In this document: positions 9,836 through 19,175 of the stretch, piece by piece
How the letters are laid out: every line of letters begins with the position of its first letter
How positions within the stretch are numbered: the first letter of the stretch is position 1
Virus record (IMG/VR): IMGVR_UViG_3300017700_001004
Location: 1 to 63,588 of that record
Length of the DNA: 63,588 nucleotides
Reading direction: 5' to 3' (one strand)
Source of the DNA: a virus
Taxonomy: Duplodnaviria > Caudoviricetes
The notes under the pieces: model-generated
Told to the model about the DNA's origin: nothing
The model's database searches: none
Seen by the model: only the letters and a program-made list of their open reading frames with translations
Made by a program: the position numbers and the translations under genes

Positions 9836-10133
9836 GACCACACCCCCACAGGAGGCCCTCGAGCTGGCAGCGTCCCTCCTCCGGCAGGCGGCACTCAGCA
9901 TGCAGCGCCCCGACATGCGCGAGGCAGCCGACGCGATCTGCCCTCCTCGCGTCCGGACGTTCCGCGCCACCCACATGGTCCTCACGCCGGGCCACCCCCC
10001 GCTCTACTGCCTCCGGGAGGACGACGCCCTCCGCAGGTGCGAGGAGCGGGCCACCCCCAGCGAGGTCCACCTGTGCACTCTCGACCGCAGGACTGGCCAG
10101 TGCAGCTGGGGCTTCTGGAGGATGGCGCCATGA
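9825..10133 (+). CDS. Hypothetical protein
   Basis: Coupled ORF in the early operon. Confidence 0.5.
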   Translation: MADETTPPQEALELAASLLRQAALSMQRPDMREAADAICPPRVRTFRATHMVLTPGHPPLYCLREDDALRRCEERATPSEVHLCTLDRRTGQCSWGFWRMAP

Positions 10134-10339
10134 CCGCTGACGAGGACGTCGTCCGTGCCATCGAGCAGGCGGACCCAGACCGACACCCCCTCGACCGGGT
10201 CGAGGCAATTCACACACTGGCGGAGAGCCTCCGACTGATGACCGAGGCGACCGTCCGTGTCGCGCAGGTGGTCGAGAGGTTCTGCCGCATTCTTGAGGAG
10301 ACAGACGTTGACGACGACATTTCTGGTGGTGGACACTGA
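10130..10339 (+). CDS. Hypothetical protein
   Basis: ATGA overlap with previous gene. Confidence 0.5.
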   Translation: MTADEDVVRAIEQADPDRHPLDRVEAIHTLAESLRLMTEATVRVAQVVERFCRILEETDVDDDISGGGH

Positions 10340-11042
10340 GACGCTGGACATGGCCCCACCAGCCGCGCTGATTGAGCTCGGCTGGCACTCGCTCACGGTC
10401 GACGACCACGACCCCAGTCGCACCCGCCACGTGTTCGGCGAGCTGAGCGGCGAGGAGCTCTTCGGCATCCCCGATGGGCAGGTCATGACGTCCGCCAATC
10501 GGGCAATACACCACATCGATCCGGCGAGCCTCTCCGGTCTCGAGCCGTTCGACTTCCACGACTGGGCCGATCGCCACGACGCCGACTATGTCGTCGCCCA
10601 CAACGCAGAGTTCGAGCAGCAGTGGCTCCGCTATGAGGAGCCGTGGATCTGCACGTACAAGATCGCCCTGCGCCTCTGGCCCCACGCCCCGAGCCACTCC
10701 AACACTGCGCTCAAGTACGAGCTGGGGATCCCTGACAGCCCCGACCACCACCCGGCGCACCGTGCCCGCCCCGACGCCATCGTGACGTCTCTCATCCTGT
10801 CCAGGATCCTCCACGAGGCATCCGAGCGGGGCCTGACCGTGGCCGACCTCGTCGCGTGGTCGGCCGAGCCGCGCCTCCTGCCCACCTGCCCGATCGGCAA
10901 GTTCCGGGGACGCCCGTGGGCCGACGTCGAGTGGGGCTTCCTCGACTGGATGCTCCGGCAGGCGGACATGGAGGCCGACCTCAAGTGGAACGCCCGGCGC
11001 GAGCTGGATCGCCGCCGCACCGCCCACCTCGCAGGAGACTGA
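10308..11042 (+). CDS. DEDDh 3'-5' exonuclease (exodeoxyribonuclease X-like)
   Basis: VVDTET, VAHNAEFE, WICT, AHRARPDA motifs; C-terminal PIGKFRG..FLDWML domain. Confidence 0.88.
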   Translation: MTTTFLVVDTETLDMAPPAALIELGWHSLTVDDHDPSRTRHVFGELSGEELFGIPDGQVMTSANRAIHHIDPASLSGLEPFDFHDWADRHDADYVVAHNAEFEQQWLRYEEPWICTYKIALRLWPHAPSHSNTALKYELGIPDSPDHHPAHRARPDAIVTSLILSRILHEASERGLTVADLVAWSAEPRLLPTCPIGKFRGRPWADVEWGFLDWMLRQADMEADLKWNARRELDRRRTAHLAGD

Positions 11043-11046
11043 GACC

Positions 11047-11346
11047 ATGGGACACCACGACGACGCGCGCGAGGAGCAGGCAGCGCAGCACTTCCGCGAG
11101 CAGGCCGAGAGGGCCGGGATCACGGTCGAGCAGTACCTGCTGGAGCGGCAGGAGGCCATCTTCCAGTTCTTCCGCTACAGCCACCTGCCCGAGCACCTGC
11201 AGGCGGTGAGCCAGATGTTCCACCACGCAGCCCAGCGCATCATCCGCGAGCTCCCTCGCAACTCCGAGCGGACCGTGGCCCTGCGCAAGCTGCTCGAGGC
11301 CAAGGACGCAGCCGTCCGCGCCCGGCTCCACGTGGAGCACCGCTGA
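11047..11346 (+). CDS. Small helical-hairpin protein, candidate Acb2/Tad1-like signal sponge
   Basis: QFFRYSHLP..LPRNSERTVALRKLLEAKDAAVRA. Confidence 0.55.
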   Translation: MGHHDDAREEQAAQHFREQAERAGITVEQYLLERQEAIFQFFRYSHLPEHLQAVSQMFHHAAQRIIRELPRNSERTVALRKLLEAKDAAVRARLHVEHR

Positions 11347-11699
11347 TGGAGTACTCAGTGGGATCACGCGAGAACCGACCGTGGGGCACTTGGGAGGTGG
11401 TCGCCGTCGGCCCCGGCCACGTGGTCAAGCGCATCGTCGTCCGGGCCATGAACCGGACCAGCCTCCAGCGCCACCGGGGCCGGGCCGAGAGCTGGACGGT
11501 CGTCGCCGGGCGCGGGCGCTTCGTGCTCGGGAGCCGGGCGCACGGTGTCACGGTCGGCGACATCATGCATGTGCCGAGGGGCCAGATCCACCGGATCGAG
11601 GCCCACCAGGACAGCGACCTCGTCCTGATCGAGGTCCAGACTGGTCGGTGCGACGAGGGCGACATTGAGCGCATCGAGGACGACTACCACCGAGACTGA
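11346..11699 (+). CDS. Cupin resembling the type II phosphomannose isomerase C-terminal domain
   Basis: RPWG, SLQRH..RAESWTVV, HRIE..LVLIEVQTG..EGDIERIEDDY. Confidence 0.88.
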   Translation: MEYSVGSRENRPWGTWEVVAVGPGHVVKRIVVRAMNRTSLQRHRGRAESWTVVAGRGRFVLGSRAHGVTVGDIMHVPRGQIHRIEAHQDSDLVLIEVQTGRCDEGDIERIEDDYHRD

Positions 11700-11708
11700 A
11701 CAATTCTC

Positions 11709-11737
11709 TTTACATCCTTGGCGGGTGGGTCCATGAT
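11709..11737 (+). promoter_or_regulatory. Early promoter TTTACA-17-CATGAT
   Basis: Recurrent motif, upstream of an AAGGAG RBS. Confidence 0.7.
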
Positions 11738-11768
11738 TGCACGCATCGACCCGCCAAGGAGACCAGAC

Positions 11769-12008
11769 ATGAAGCCCACCGCCGAGCAGACCGCAGTTCT
11801 CTCCAAGATCGAGCGCGGCCTTCCCGTGACGCCCTCCCAGCTGGGGATGGGCATCCTCACCGTCGCCGCCTACCAGTGGTCGCGCGACGGCGACACCATC
11901 GTTGCCCACCGCACCGTCCTCCGCGACGCGCCCACCGGCAGCCCCCGCACCGACTACCGCACCGAGCTCTATCGCGTTCGCCGCGACGGCTCCGTGTCCA
12001 AGCTCTGA
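11769..12008 (+). CDS. Hypothetical protein
   Basis: AAGGAG RBS; first gene after promoter. Confidence 0.65.
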   Translation: MKPTAEQTAVLSKIERGLPVTPSQLGMGILTVAAYQWSRDGDTIVAHRTVLRDAPTGSPRTDYRTELYRVRRDGSVSKL

Positions 12009-12019
12009 GGAGACCCGAC

Positions 12020-12409
12020 ATGACCACCAAGACCGACCTCTCCGCCAACGCCGACGGCAGCATCACGCTCTACATCGGCGGCAAGAAGGTGCTCAAGGGC
12101 ACCCTCGCCCAGATCGTGGAGCACCTCTCCGGCCAGAGCGCCCCGGCCCCCAAGCCTCGGAAGGTGAAGCCCAAGAGCCGCACCCAGCGCTGGTCCGAGG
12201 CCGCGTCCGCCGCCGTCTCCGCGCTCGAGGAGCTCCAGTCCATCCAGGAGGAGTTCACTGAGTGGAAGGACAACCTCCCCGAGAACCTCCAGCAGAGCGC
12301 CCTCGGCGAGAAGCTGGAGACCGTCTGCGACCTCGACATCGAGGGCGCGCTCAGCACCGTGCAGGACGCCGACAGCGCCGACCTGCCCCTCGGCTTCGGT
12401 CGCGACTGA
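12020..12409 (+). CDS. Hypothetical protein: shared N-terminal 'NxDGS..Y..GKK' module plus acidic helical domain (DNLPENLQQS)
   Basis: GAGGAG RBS; N-terminus aligns with the genes at 22873 and 30794. Confidence 0.75.
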   Translation: MTTKTDLSANADGSITLYIGGKKVLKGTLAQIVEHLSGQSAPAPKPRKVKPKSRTQRWSEAASAAVSALEELQSIQEEFTEWKDNLPENLQQSALGEKLETVCDLDIEGALSTVQDADSADLPLGFGRD

Positions 12410-12567
12410 TGCGCGTCTGGCTCATCCGCGCTGCCCTCGTGGCCGCTGGCGTCTCCGTCATGTGGCTCGAGGGGCAGCACCAGCCCGCGCCGGGCGTCGG
12501 CTTCGCCGTCGCCATGGTCCTCATCCTCGGGGCCGCATTTGTCCCCTCCGCACGGAGCACCGACTGA
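12409..12567 (+). CDS. Small 2-TM membrane protein
   Basis: TGATG coupling; two hydrophobic stretches. Confidence 0.5.
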   Translation: MRVWLIRAALVAAGVSVMWLEGQHQPAPGVGFAVAMVLILGAAFVPSARSTD

Positions 12568-12803
12568 TGGCACGACGCACCATCTCAGACCGCCTCTGCG
12601 CCGCTCTTATCGCGAGGGGGCACAGGGAGACCACCCACCGCAGCCGCAAGTATCGGGCCTTCGAGAAGGAGCCGGGCGGCGACTGCTACTACGTCGGCAG
12701 GGGCGGCGCGCTCCGCGTTGGCCGGACCGCCACCGAGAGCTTCTCGCTGGAGAGGACAGCCCTCCGTGCCGCCCTCCTCCGCGAGGTGCCCGAGAGGGAC
12801 TAG
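12567..12803 (+). CDS. Hypothetical basic protein
   Basis: TGATG coupling. Confidence 0.55.
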   Translation: MARRTISDRLCAALIARGHRETTHRSRKYRAFEKEPGGDCYYVGRGGALRVGRTATESFSLERTALRAALLREVPERD

Positions 12804-12854
12804 CGCATCGGACCCGCTGAGCGTAGCATTCGACCCACAGACAGGAGACCCACA

Positions 12855-12989
12855 ATGGACCCGACAGGAATCACCACAGCAGCCACCGGCCTTCTCGAGG
12901 CAGCCGCCACCACTGGCGTCGTCGTGCTCGTCGCCGGTCTCGTCCTCGCCGGGGTGTGGGGCTGGCTCACGCGGGGGCGGGGGTACTGA
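12855..12989 (+). CDS. Small membrane protein
   Basis: AGGAG RBS; VVVLVAGLVLAGVWGWL. Confidence 0.5.
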   Translation: MDPTGITTAATGLLEAAATTGVVVLVAGLVLAGVWGWLTRGRGY

Positions 12990-13258
12990 TGCACACAGAG
13001 GAGATGACGCTTCGTGTCGACGTCCGCCCACCATTCTGGCAGCGCCTCCGCGAGGTCTTCTGGCGCGGGCCTCCCCGCCCCCTCCGGATTGGATTCATGT
13101 TTGCTCCTCTGGGGCCTGATGGGCTCAGCGATCTGCAGCATGTCCAGGTGTCTGTCATGGCTCCGTGCGGCCTGCGAGAGGTCGATCTGGCCTTCGAGGT
13201 CACCGTTGCGGCAGGGTACTCAGTCCTCATGGATGCTCCTTCTGCTGCTCGTGAATGA
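12989..13258 (+). CDS. Hypothetical protein
   Basis: TGATG coupling. Confidence 0.45.
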   Translation: MHTEEMTLRVDVRPPFWQRLREVFWRGPPRPLRIGFMFAPLGPDGLSDLQHVQVSVMAPCGLREVDLAFEVTVAAGYSVLMDAPSAARE

Positions 13259-13371
13259 GGTCCGTGGCGCGCAGACCCTCTGGGACGCGACACCGGCCAT
13301 TGCCACTCAGTATGTTCAGGCGTATGAGGTCTGGGCAGACATATTCCGCCGACTGTTCTAGGAGACCCGCC

Positions 13372-13806
13372 GTGACCACAACCGAGACACTCTCGCCCGC
13401 CGACCGGGCGTTCCTGGAGGGCGTCCGCTGGCGAGACGCCAGCTGCGGACAGGGAGGCACCGAGGAGGATCTCCTCCGGACCCTCTCCGCCCACCGTGTC
13501 CGCTGGGACCAGAGCCGCCTCTACTACGAGGCGCACATCACCCTGACGCCCCTGGAGGAGCACCAGCAGAAGCTGCTCACGGTCCTCCTCGCCTATGGCG
13601 GCGGTGTCTGGCGCCAGTCCACCTTCGTCATGGAGACCGACGGCCCGACCCCGGCTGCCTTTCTCTCCTCGCGGAGCGCCAGCCTCATTATCATCACCGA
13701 GGAGACCCGGCGCATGGTCGAGATCATCCGCGACCTCGGCCTCGAGGTCACTCGCTACAAGATCGAGGACACCCTCCTCGACAGCCGCCGGGGCGACGTC
13801 CTGTGA
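13372..13806 (+). CDS. Hypothetical protein (YYEAHIT..RYKIEDTLLDS)
   Basis: AGGAG RBS before GTG. Confidence 0.6.
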   Translation: MTTTETLSPADRAFLEGVRWRDASCGQGGTEEDLLRTLSAHRVRWDQSRLYYEAHITLTPLEEHQQKLLTVLLAYGGGVWRQSTFVMETDGPTPAAFLSSRSASLIIITEETRRMVEIIRDLGLEVTRYKIEDTLLDSRRGDVL

Positions 13807-14309
13807 GCGGTCTCGCCAAGATCCGCTACTACGCCCTCGTGCGCCGGAACTTCGGGGACGTCCAGATCTATGGCATCACCACCGAGAAGAGGGCTCACTG
13901 GTGGGGTCGCCTCCCGGACACCAACGAGGCCTCCCACGGGTCGAGCCGCGACATCCTCTCGTCCCACCAGACCATTGAGGAGGCTCAGAGTCGCCTCTTC
14001 GTCATGCGCACGATCGAGGAGCAGTACCGCGCCCTCAGCAAGATCAGCGAGAGCCTCTGGAGGCGGCTCCACCACATCCACGAGGAGGCCATCAGGCAGG
14101 CCGCGACCGGGGCCGTCCCGCCGCCGCTGCCTGTCCCCATCGTCGTGTGGCCCGACAGCTGCCTCTCTGCCAGAGAGCTCACCACCATTGTCCGCCGCTG
14201 GCTCGACAGCGACGACGCAACCCACTGGGGCGACTTCGAGAAGAGTCTCGACGCCCTGCTCACCAAGGAGACCCGCCATGATCGTATTCCAGAACCCAGG
14301 ACTGATTGA
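13803..14309 (+). CDS. Hypothetical protein
   Basis: GTGA coupling. Confidence 0.55.
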   Translation: MSGLAKIRYYALVRRNFGDVQIYGITTEKRAHWWGRLPDTNEASHGSSRDILSSHQTIEEAQSRLFVMRTIEEQYRALSKISESLWRRLHHIHEEAIRQAATGAVPPPLPVPIVVWPDSCLSARELTTIVRRWLDSDDATHWGDFEKSLDALLTKETRHDRIPEPRTD

Positions 14310-15549
14310 CCTCGACGCCGTCCGCACGATGGGCGTGAACGTCAAGGTCCACCCCGGCGCATTCGGCCACTTCGGCACGGGCCTCAAGTTCGCCATCGCC
14401 ACCGTCCTCAGGGGCGGGGGAGGCGTCGTCCTCTACCGGGGCACGGAGTCGTTTGACTTCACGCTGGTCGAGAAGACCATTCGCGGCGAGCAGTTCCGCA
14501 TTGTCTGCATGAACGGACAGGAGATGGGCTTCACCGACCAGCTGGGCCGGAACTGGGAGCCGTGGATGGTTCTCCGGGAGTTCGGCTGCAACGCCCTCGA
14601 CGAGCAGGGCACGTTCTGGCAGGCCGAGGTCGACTGCTACTCCCAGGAGGACATGACCACCTTCGAGGTCAGCTGGGATGCCCTGGACGAGGTGTGGGCC
14701 GAGCGCGATCAGGTGTTCATCGGCGACCGCCCGGTCCTCCTGGAGACGCCTCAGGTCCAGGTGCTCGAGGGCGAGAGCCAGTATCTCTTCTATCGCGGCA
14801 TCCGGGCCTACCGGCTGCAGAAGCCGTCGGTCGTCACGTACAACATCCTCTCCCAGCAGATCCTCTCCGAGGACCGCAACATCGCCCACTTCTACTATCC
14901 CATGGGCGAGATCCGTCGCCTCTGGCTCGAGTGCGAGAGCAAGGAGGCTCTGGAGCGTGTGCTGGTTGCCGGCGAGGGCCGCTTCGAGCACAGCATCGAC
15001 TACATGGAGACCAATCGCCACCCGACCCGCGAGTTTCTCGACGTGGTCCTGGATGCCCGGATGGTCAAGGAGCTCAAGAAGAGCATCAACGAGAGCGCTG
15101 TCAAGCTCCTCCACAAGTCCATCCGCAGCAGCAAGGAGGAGGGCGTCGGCTACTCCACCAGTCGCTACATGCAGGACGAGTTCGGCGCGGCAATGGAGGC
15201 CCTCGACGACGTCTTCCCCGGCAACTCCCTCCGGCTCGACAGCATCAGGATGGTGCTGGTCGAGGAGGACGAGGTTCGCGAGGGCAGCCTCGCCATGCTC
15301 GAGGACGGACGGCTGTACGTCGCCCGGCCCCTTCTCCGGAGGGGGCGGCGGGAGATCGCCCAGACCGTGCTCCCGCTGGTCCTGGAGCTCCTCTGCGAGG
15401 ACATGGAGAGCCTGATCGAGCTGGTCGTCCCGGCCCTGCTCCAGTCGAACTCCGACCTGCGCGAGAGCAGGCACAATCTTCCTCTGGACCTCGACCGGGA
15501 TCCGGAGACGGAGACTGAGGAGGATCCCGAGGGCGTTCTTCTCGGCTGA
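14278..15549 (+). CDS. GHKL/HATPase-like protein
   Basis: FQNPG..GHFGTGLKFAIA (G boxes) and LREFGCNALDE (N box); AAGGAG RBS. Confidence 0.7.
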   Translation: MIVFQNPGLIDLDAVRTMGVNVKVHPGAFGHFGTGLKFAIATVLRGGGGVVLYRGTESFDFTLVEKTIRGEQFRIVCMNGQEMGFTDQLGRNWEPWMVLREFGCNALDEQGTFWQAEVDCYSQEDMTTFEVSWDALDEVWAERDQVFIGDRPVLLETPQVQVLEGESQYLFYRGIRAYRLQKPSVVTYNILSQQILSEDRNIAHFYYPMGEIRRLWLECESKEALERVLVAGEGRFEHSIDYMETNRHPTREFLDVVLDARMVKELKKSINESAVKLLHKSIRSSKEEGVGYSTSRYMQDEFGAAMEALDDVFPGNSLRLDSIRMVLVEEDEVREGSLAMLEDGRLYVARPLLRRGRREIAQTVLPLVLELLCEDMESLIELVVPALLQSNSDLRESRHNLPLDLDRDPETETEEDPEGVLLG

Positions 15550-15587
15550 CACCAGCCACACCACCAAACCAATAGGAGCATCACATC

Positions 15588-16928
15588 ATGAGCATCTACC
15601 TCATCGGAGGAGGCACTGTCGCCGTCCTCCTGGCACTGGCGACCGTCGTCGCCTTCGTTCTCCGCCGGGTCGTCCCGACGAACATGGTCGACATCGTCCA
15701 GTACAAGAAGCGCACCGTGTCCTACGGCAAGGACAGCACTGCCGGCAACGTGTACTACGAGTGGCCCGCCTTTCTTCCGCTGCTCGGCGTCACCGTCACC
15801 CGGCTGCCGGTCTCGGTGTTCGACGTCACCCTCAAGGACTATCCGGCCTACGACTATGGTCGCCTGCCCTTCATGGTCGACATCATGGCCTTCTTCCGCA
15901 TCGAGGACTCCGGCATCGCGGCACACCGGGTCGCGAACTTCGCCGAGCTCACCCAGCAGCTGATCGGCGTTCTCCAGGGCGCGGTCCGCGTGACGCTCGC
16001 CAAGCACAAGCTGGAGGAGATCATGGAGGACCGGGCCAACCTCGGCAAGACCTTCACCGACGAGGTCACCGCCCAGCTGCGCGAGTGGGGTGTCACCACG
16101 GTCAAGAACATCGAGTTCATGGACCTCCGCGACGCTCAGGGCTCACAGGTCATCCACAACATCATGGCCAAGGAGCAGTCTCGCATCGACATGGAGAGCC
16201 GGACCGCCGTCGCTGAGAACAATCGCGCCGCCCAGGAGCGCGAGATCGAGGCCCAGCGTCAGGTCGACCTCCAGGCCCAGGACGCCCTCCAGCAGGTCGG
16301 CCAGCGCACGGCCGAGCAGGAGAAGGAGGTCGGGATCGCCCGCGAGAAGAGCCAGCAGGACATCCTTGCTCAGGCGCAGACCACTGCCGAGCGCGAGATG
16401 GCGGTCAAGCAGGTGCAGGACACCAAGGCTGCAGAGATCGCTCGTCAGGTGGCCGAGATCACTGCCGACCAGGAGCGGAAGGTCACGATCGTGACCGCCG
16501 ACGCCGAGAAGCAGCGCCTCACGGTCGTGGCCGAGGGCAAGCTGGCAGAGGCCGAGAAGGACGCCGAGGCGATCCGCGTCCGGGGCGAGGCCGAGGGTGC
16601 CGCCAAGACTGCCATCCTCCAGGCCGAGGTCTCTCCGCAGATCACGCTGGCCAAGGAGATTGGTGCCAACGACGGATACCAGAAGTATCTCGTCAGCATC
16701 GAGCAGGTCAAGGCCAGCCGCGACGTCGGCATGGAGCAGGCCAAGACCCTCGCCACCGCTGACGTCCGGGTCATTGCGACCGGTGGTGATGTCGGCACCG
16801 GCATCTCCAGCATCGGCGAGATCTTCTCCGCACGGGGCGGAGCCAAGCTGGCCGCTGCCCTTGCCGGCTTCGCCCAGACCGAGGAGGGTGCAGCCCTTCT
16901 CGAGAAGGTGTCCACCCCTAGCGCCTGA
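15588..16928 (+). CDS. SPFH/band-7 flotillin-like membrane protein
   Basis: N-terminal TM, SPFH core, long EA-rich coiled coil. Confidence 0.9.
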   Translation: MSIYLIGGGTVAVLLALATVVAFVLRRVVPTNMVDIVQYKKRTVSYGKDSTAGNVYYEWPAFLPLLGVTVTRLPVSVFDVTLKDYPAYDYGRLPFMVDIMAFFRIEDSGIAAHRVANFAELTQQLIGVLQGAVRVTLAKHKLEEIMEDRANLGKTFTDEVTAQLREWGVTTVKNIEFMDLRDAQGSQVIHNIMAKEQSRIDMESRTAVAENNRAAQEREIEAQRQVDLQAQDALQQVGQRTAEQEKEVGIAREKSQQDILAQAQTTAEREMAVKQVQDTKAAEIARQVAEITADQERKVTIVTADAEKQRLTVVAEGKLAEAEKDAEAIRVRGEAEGAAKTAILQAEVSPQITLAKEIGANDGYQKYLVSIEQVKASRDVGMEQAKTLATADVRVIATGGDVGTGISSIGEIFSARGGAKLAAALAGFAQTEEGAALLEKVSTPSA

Positions 16929-16949
16929 CGCCCGTCGACGCTAGGGTAG

Positions 16950-16975
16950 GTGCCCCGGCCCGCCAGCCGGGGCAC
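16950..16975 (+). terminator. GC hairpin after the SPFH gene
   Basis: gtgccccggc...gccggggcac. Confidence 0.5.
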
Positions 16976-17005
16976 AGCTCAACCACAAGTCCAGGAGACC
17001 CGCCG

Positions 17006-17503
17006 ATGGTACTCGTACCAGAGAAGCCAGCCCTTGTCGGCCTCAACGGCCAGCCACTGATTCCGCCGCGACCCGCCCGACCCCCCGAGAAGATCACCGC
17101 CGTCAAGTTCATCCGCAAGCTGGGCGACGACCTCGGAGGCATCCACTCCGCACGAGGCTCCGCCGTCCACCGCCTCGCCGGACACTTCATTGCCCTCCAG
17201 GAGGAACTGGCCCGCGTCGGGCAGCTCAAGGACCTCTCCGGAGACCACACCCCCGAGCGCATCGATGCAGCCGCCGCTGGCATCTATGCCGTCGCCCGCC
17301 ACGAGATGGCCAAGGCGTCCGGAGGGGAGCGCATCCCCGATGACTGGCCGGTCGTGGTGCGAGAGCGCCCCGAGGAGGCCGAGATGTATCGCGTGATGGC
17401 ACTGGCGGCACTCGGCGGCCCCGTGTTCATTCCTGTAGCCAGCGCCGAGGATCTTGCCGAGGGGGCACTCAATGACGACACGACCGGGACTGCTGACGCC
17501 TAG
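17006..17503 (+). CDS. Hypothetical protein
   Basis: AGGAG RBS. Confidence 0.6.
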   Translation: MVLVPEKPALVGLNGQPLIPPRPARPPEKITAVKFIRKLGDDLGGIHSARGSAVHRLAGHFIALQEELARVGQLKDLSGDHTPERIDAAAAGIYAVARHEMAKASGGERIPDDWPVVVRERPEEAEMYRVMALAALGGPVFIPVASAEDLAEGALNDDTTGTADA

Positions 17504-18500
17504 CCTGACCTACAAGCCAATCCGATATCCGTGGGCGCTCGAGTACTGCAAGCAGCAGCACAAGATCCACTGGGTGCCGGAGGAGGTTCCGCTGGCAGAG
17601 GACGTGAGGGACTGGGCACAGTCCCTCGAGCCGAGCGAGAAGTCCCTGCTGACGCACATCTTCCGCTTCTTCACCCAGTCCGACGTCGAGGTGAACGACT
17701 GCTACATGGGGCGCTACGCCCGCGTGTTCGGTCCGGCCGAGGTCAAGATGATGCTCTCGGCCTTCTCCTCGATGGAGACGATCCACATCCTCGCCTACGC
17801 CCTCCTGATCGAGACGATCGGGATGCCGGACGAGGAGTTCTCGGCCTTCATGCAGTACGAGGTGATGCGCGAGAAGCAGGACTACATGCGGTCCTTCGGC
17901 GTCGACAGCGAGGACGACATCCTCCGGACCACGGCCATGTTCGGCGGGGCGACGGAGGGCCTGTCCCTCTTCGCCTCGTTCGCCATGCTGATGAACTTCC
18001 CGCGCCACAACCGGATGAAGGGCATGGGCCAGATCGTCAGCTGGTCCATCCGCGACGAGAGCCTCCACTGCGACGGGATCATCCAGCTGCACAACACCCT
18101 CGCCCACGAGATGGGCGGGCGCTCGCGGGCCGTCGAGCAGGACATTCTCGACTGCTTCTCGACGCAGGTCCGTCTCGAGGAGACCTTCGTCGACCTCGCC
18201 TTCGAGATGGGGCCGGTGCCGGGCCTCACGGCTCGCGAGGTCAAGCACTACATCCACTTCATCGCGGACTGGCGACTCCGCCAGCTCCGGCTCCCCCCGC
18301 TCTTCGGCGACATGGCGCACAATCCCCTCGGGTGGCTCCCTGCCCTGATCTCCGGCGTCGAGCACGCCAATTTCTTCGAGACGCGGGCGACCGAGTACTC
18401 GAAGGGATCGAGCCGGGGCAACTGGACGGACACGTGGTTCGCCTTCGACCAGAGGCGCGCGAGGGCGGGGGAGCAGGATGACGTTTCGGCCGCAGCGTAG
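17472..18500 (+). CDS. nrdB: Class I ribonucleotide reductase beta subunit
   Basis: W..EEVPL, FFTQSD, ETIH..AY (radical Tyr), EG..LF.SF, RDESLH, NFFE.R.TEY. Confidence 0.95.
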   Translation: MTTRPGLLTPSLTYKPIRYPWALEYCKQQHKIHWVPEEVPLAEDVRDWAQSLEPSEKSLLTHIFRFFTQSDVEVNDCYMGRYARVFGPAEVKMMLSAFSSMETIHILAYALLIETIGMPDEEFSAFMQYEVMREKQDYMRSFGVDSEDDILRTTAMFGGATEGLSLFASFAMLMNFPRHNRMKGMGQIVSWSIRDESLHCDGIIQLHNTLAHEMGGRSRAVEQDILDCFSTQVRLEETFVDLAFEMGPVPGLTAREVKHYIHFIADWRLRQLRLPPLFGDMAHNPLGWLPALISGVEHANFFETRATEYSKGSSRGNWTDTWFAFDQRRARAGEQDDVSAAA

Positions 18501-18699
18501 GGGTGATCGCTGGCACGTGGTCGACGAGGAGGCCGGGACAGAGCTCTGCCCGGTCTTCGACCACGAGATCACTGCGACCGAGGTGGCCATCAAGGTCAGC
18601 GATGGCCACCCATTCTTCACCCACATCCCGGTGACCCACCTCGGCGACGCCTATCCTCGGATCGGGCAGCCGTGGCATCCTGTTCTGGAGCTCCCATGA
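18478..18699 (+). CDS. Hypothetical protein
   Basis: Fills the gap between nrdB and the nucleotidyltransferase. Confidence 0.45.
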   Translation: MTFRPQRRGDRWHVVDEEAGTELCPVFDHEITATEVAIKVSDGHPFFTHIPVTHLGDAYPRIGQPWHPVLELP

Positions 18700-19139
18700 T
18701 CGCCATCGTCTCTGGGGGCTTCGACCCCATCCACTCCGGCCACGTTGCCATGATCCTCGAGGCCGGAGAGCTCGGCGAGGTCCACGTCATCCTGAACACG
18801 GACGAGTGGCTCGAGCGCAAGAAGGGCCGCGCCTTCATGCCGTGGGAGGAGCGGGCGGCGGTCGTCGGTGCCATCCGTGGTGTGGCCGCTGTGCATCGTG
18901 CACAGGACGACGACGAGACCGTGGCCCCTAGCCTGCGGGCGCTGGCCCCGGCGCTCCTCGAGCGTGGTCCAGTGGTGTTCTGCAACGGTGGCGACCGGAC
19001 CGTGGGCACGACCCCGGAGCAGGCAGTGTGCGCCGAGCTGGGCATCGCCGTGGCGTGGGCCGTGGGCGGCGGCAAGACGCAGTCCAGCTCGTGGCTGCTG
19101 GAAAAGTTCACAGATGGGGTTGCCTTCCGTCCGAGGTGA
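18696..19139 (+). CDS. Cytidylyl/adenylyltransferase (HxGH family, RfaE/TagD-like)
   Basis: VSGGFDPIHSGH, LNTDEWLERKKG..MPWEER, NGGDR, KTQSSSWL. Confidence 0.9.
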   Translation: MIAIVSGGFDPIHSGHVAMILEAGELGEVHVILNTDEWLERKKGRAFMPWEERAAVVGAIRGVAAVHRAQDDDETVAPSLRALAPALLERGPVVFCNGGDRTVGTTPEQAVCAELGIAVAWAVGGGKTQSSSWLLEKFTDGVAFRPR

Positions 19140-19175
19140 GTGTATGGTGAGCTCTCCTAGCCGAGGAGAACCACC

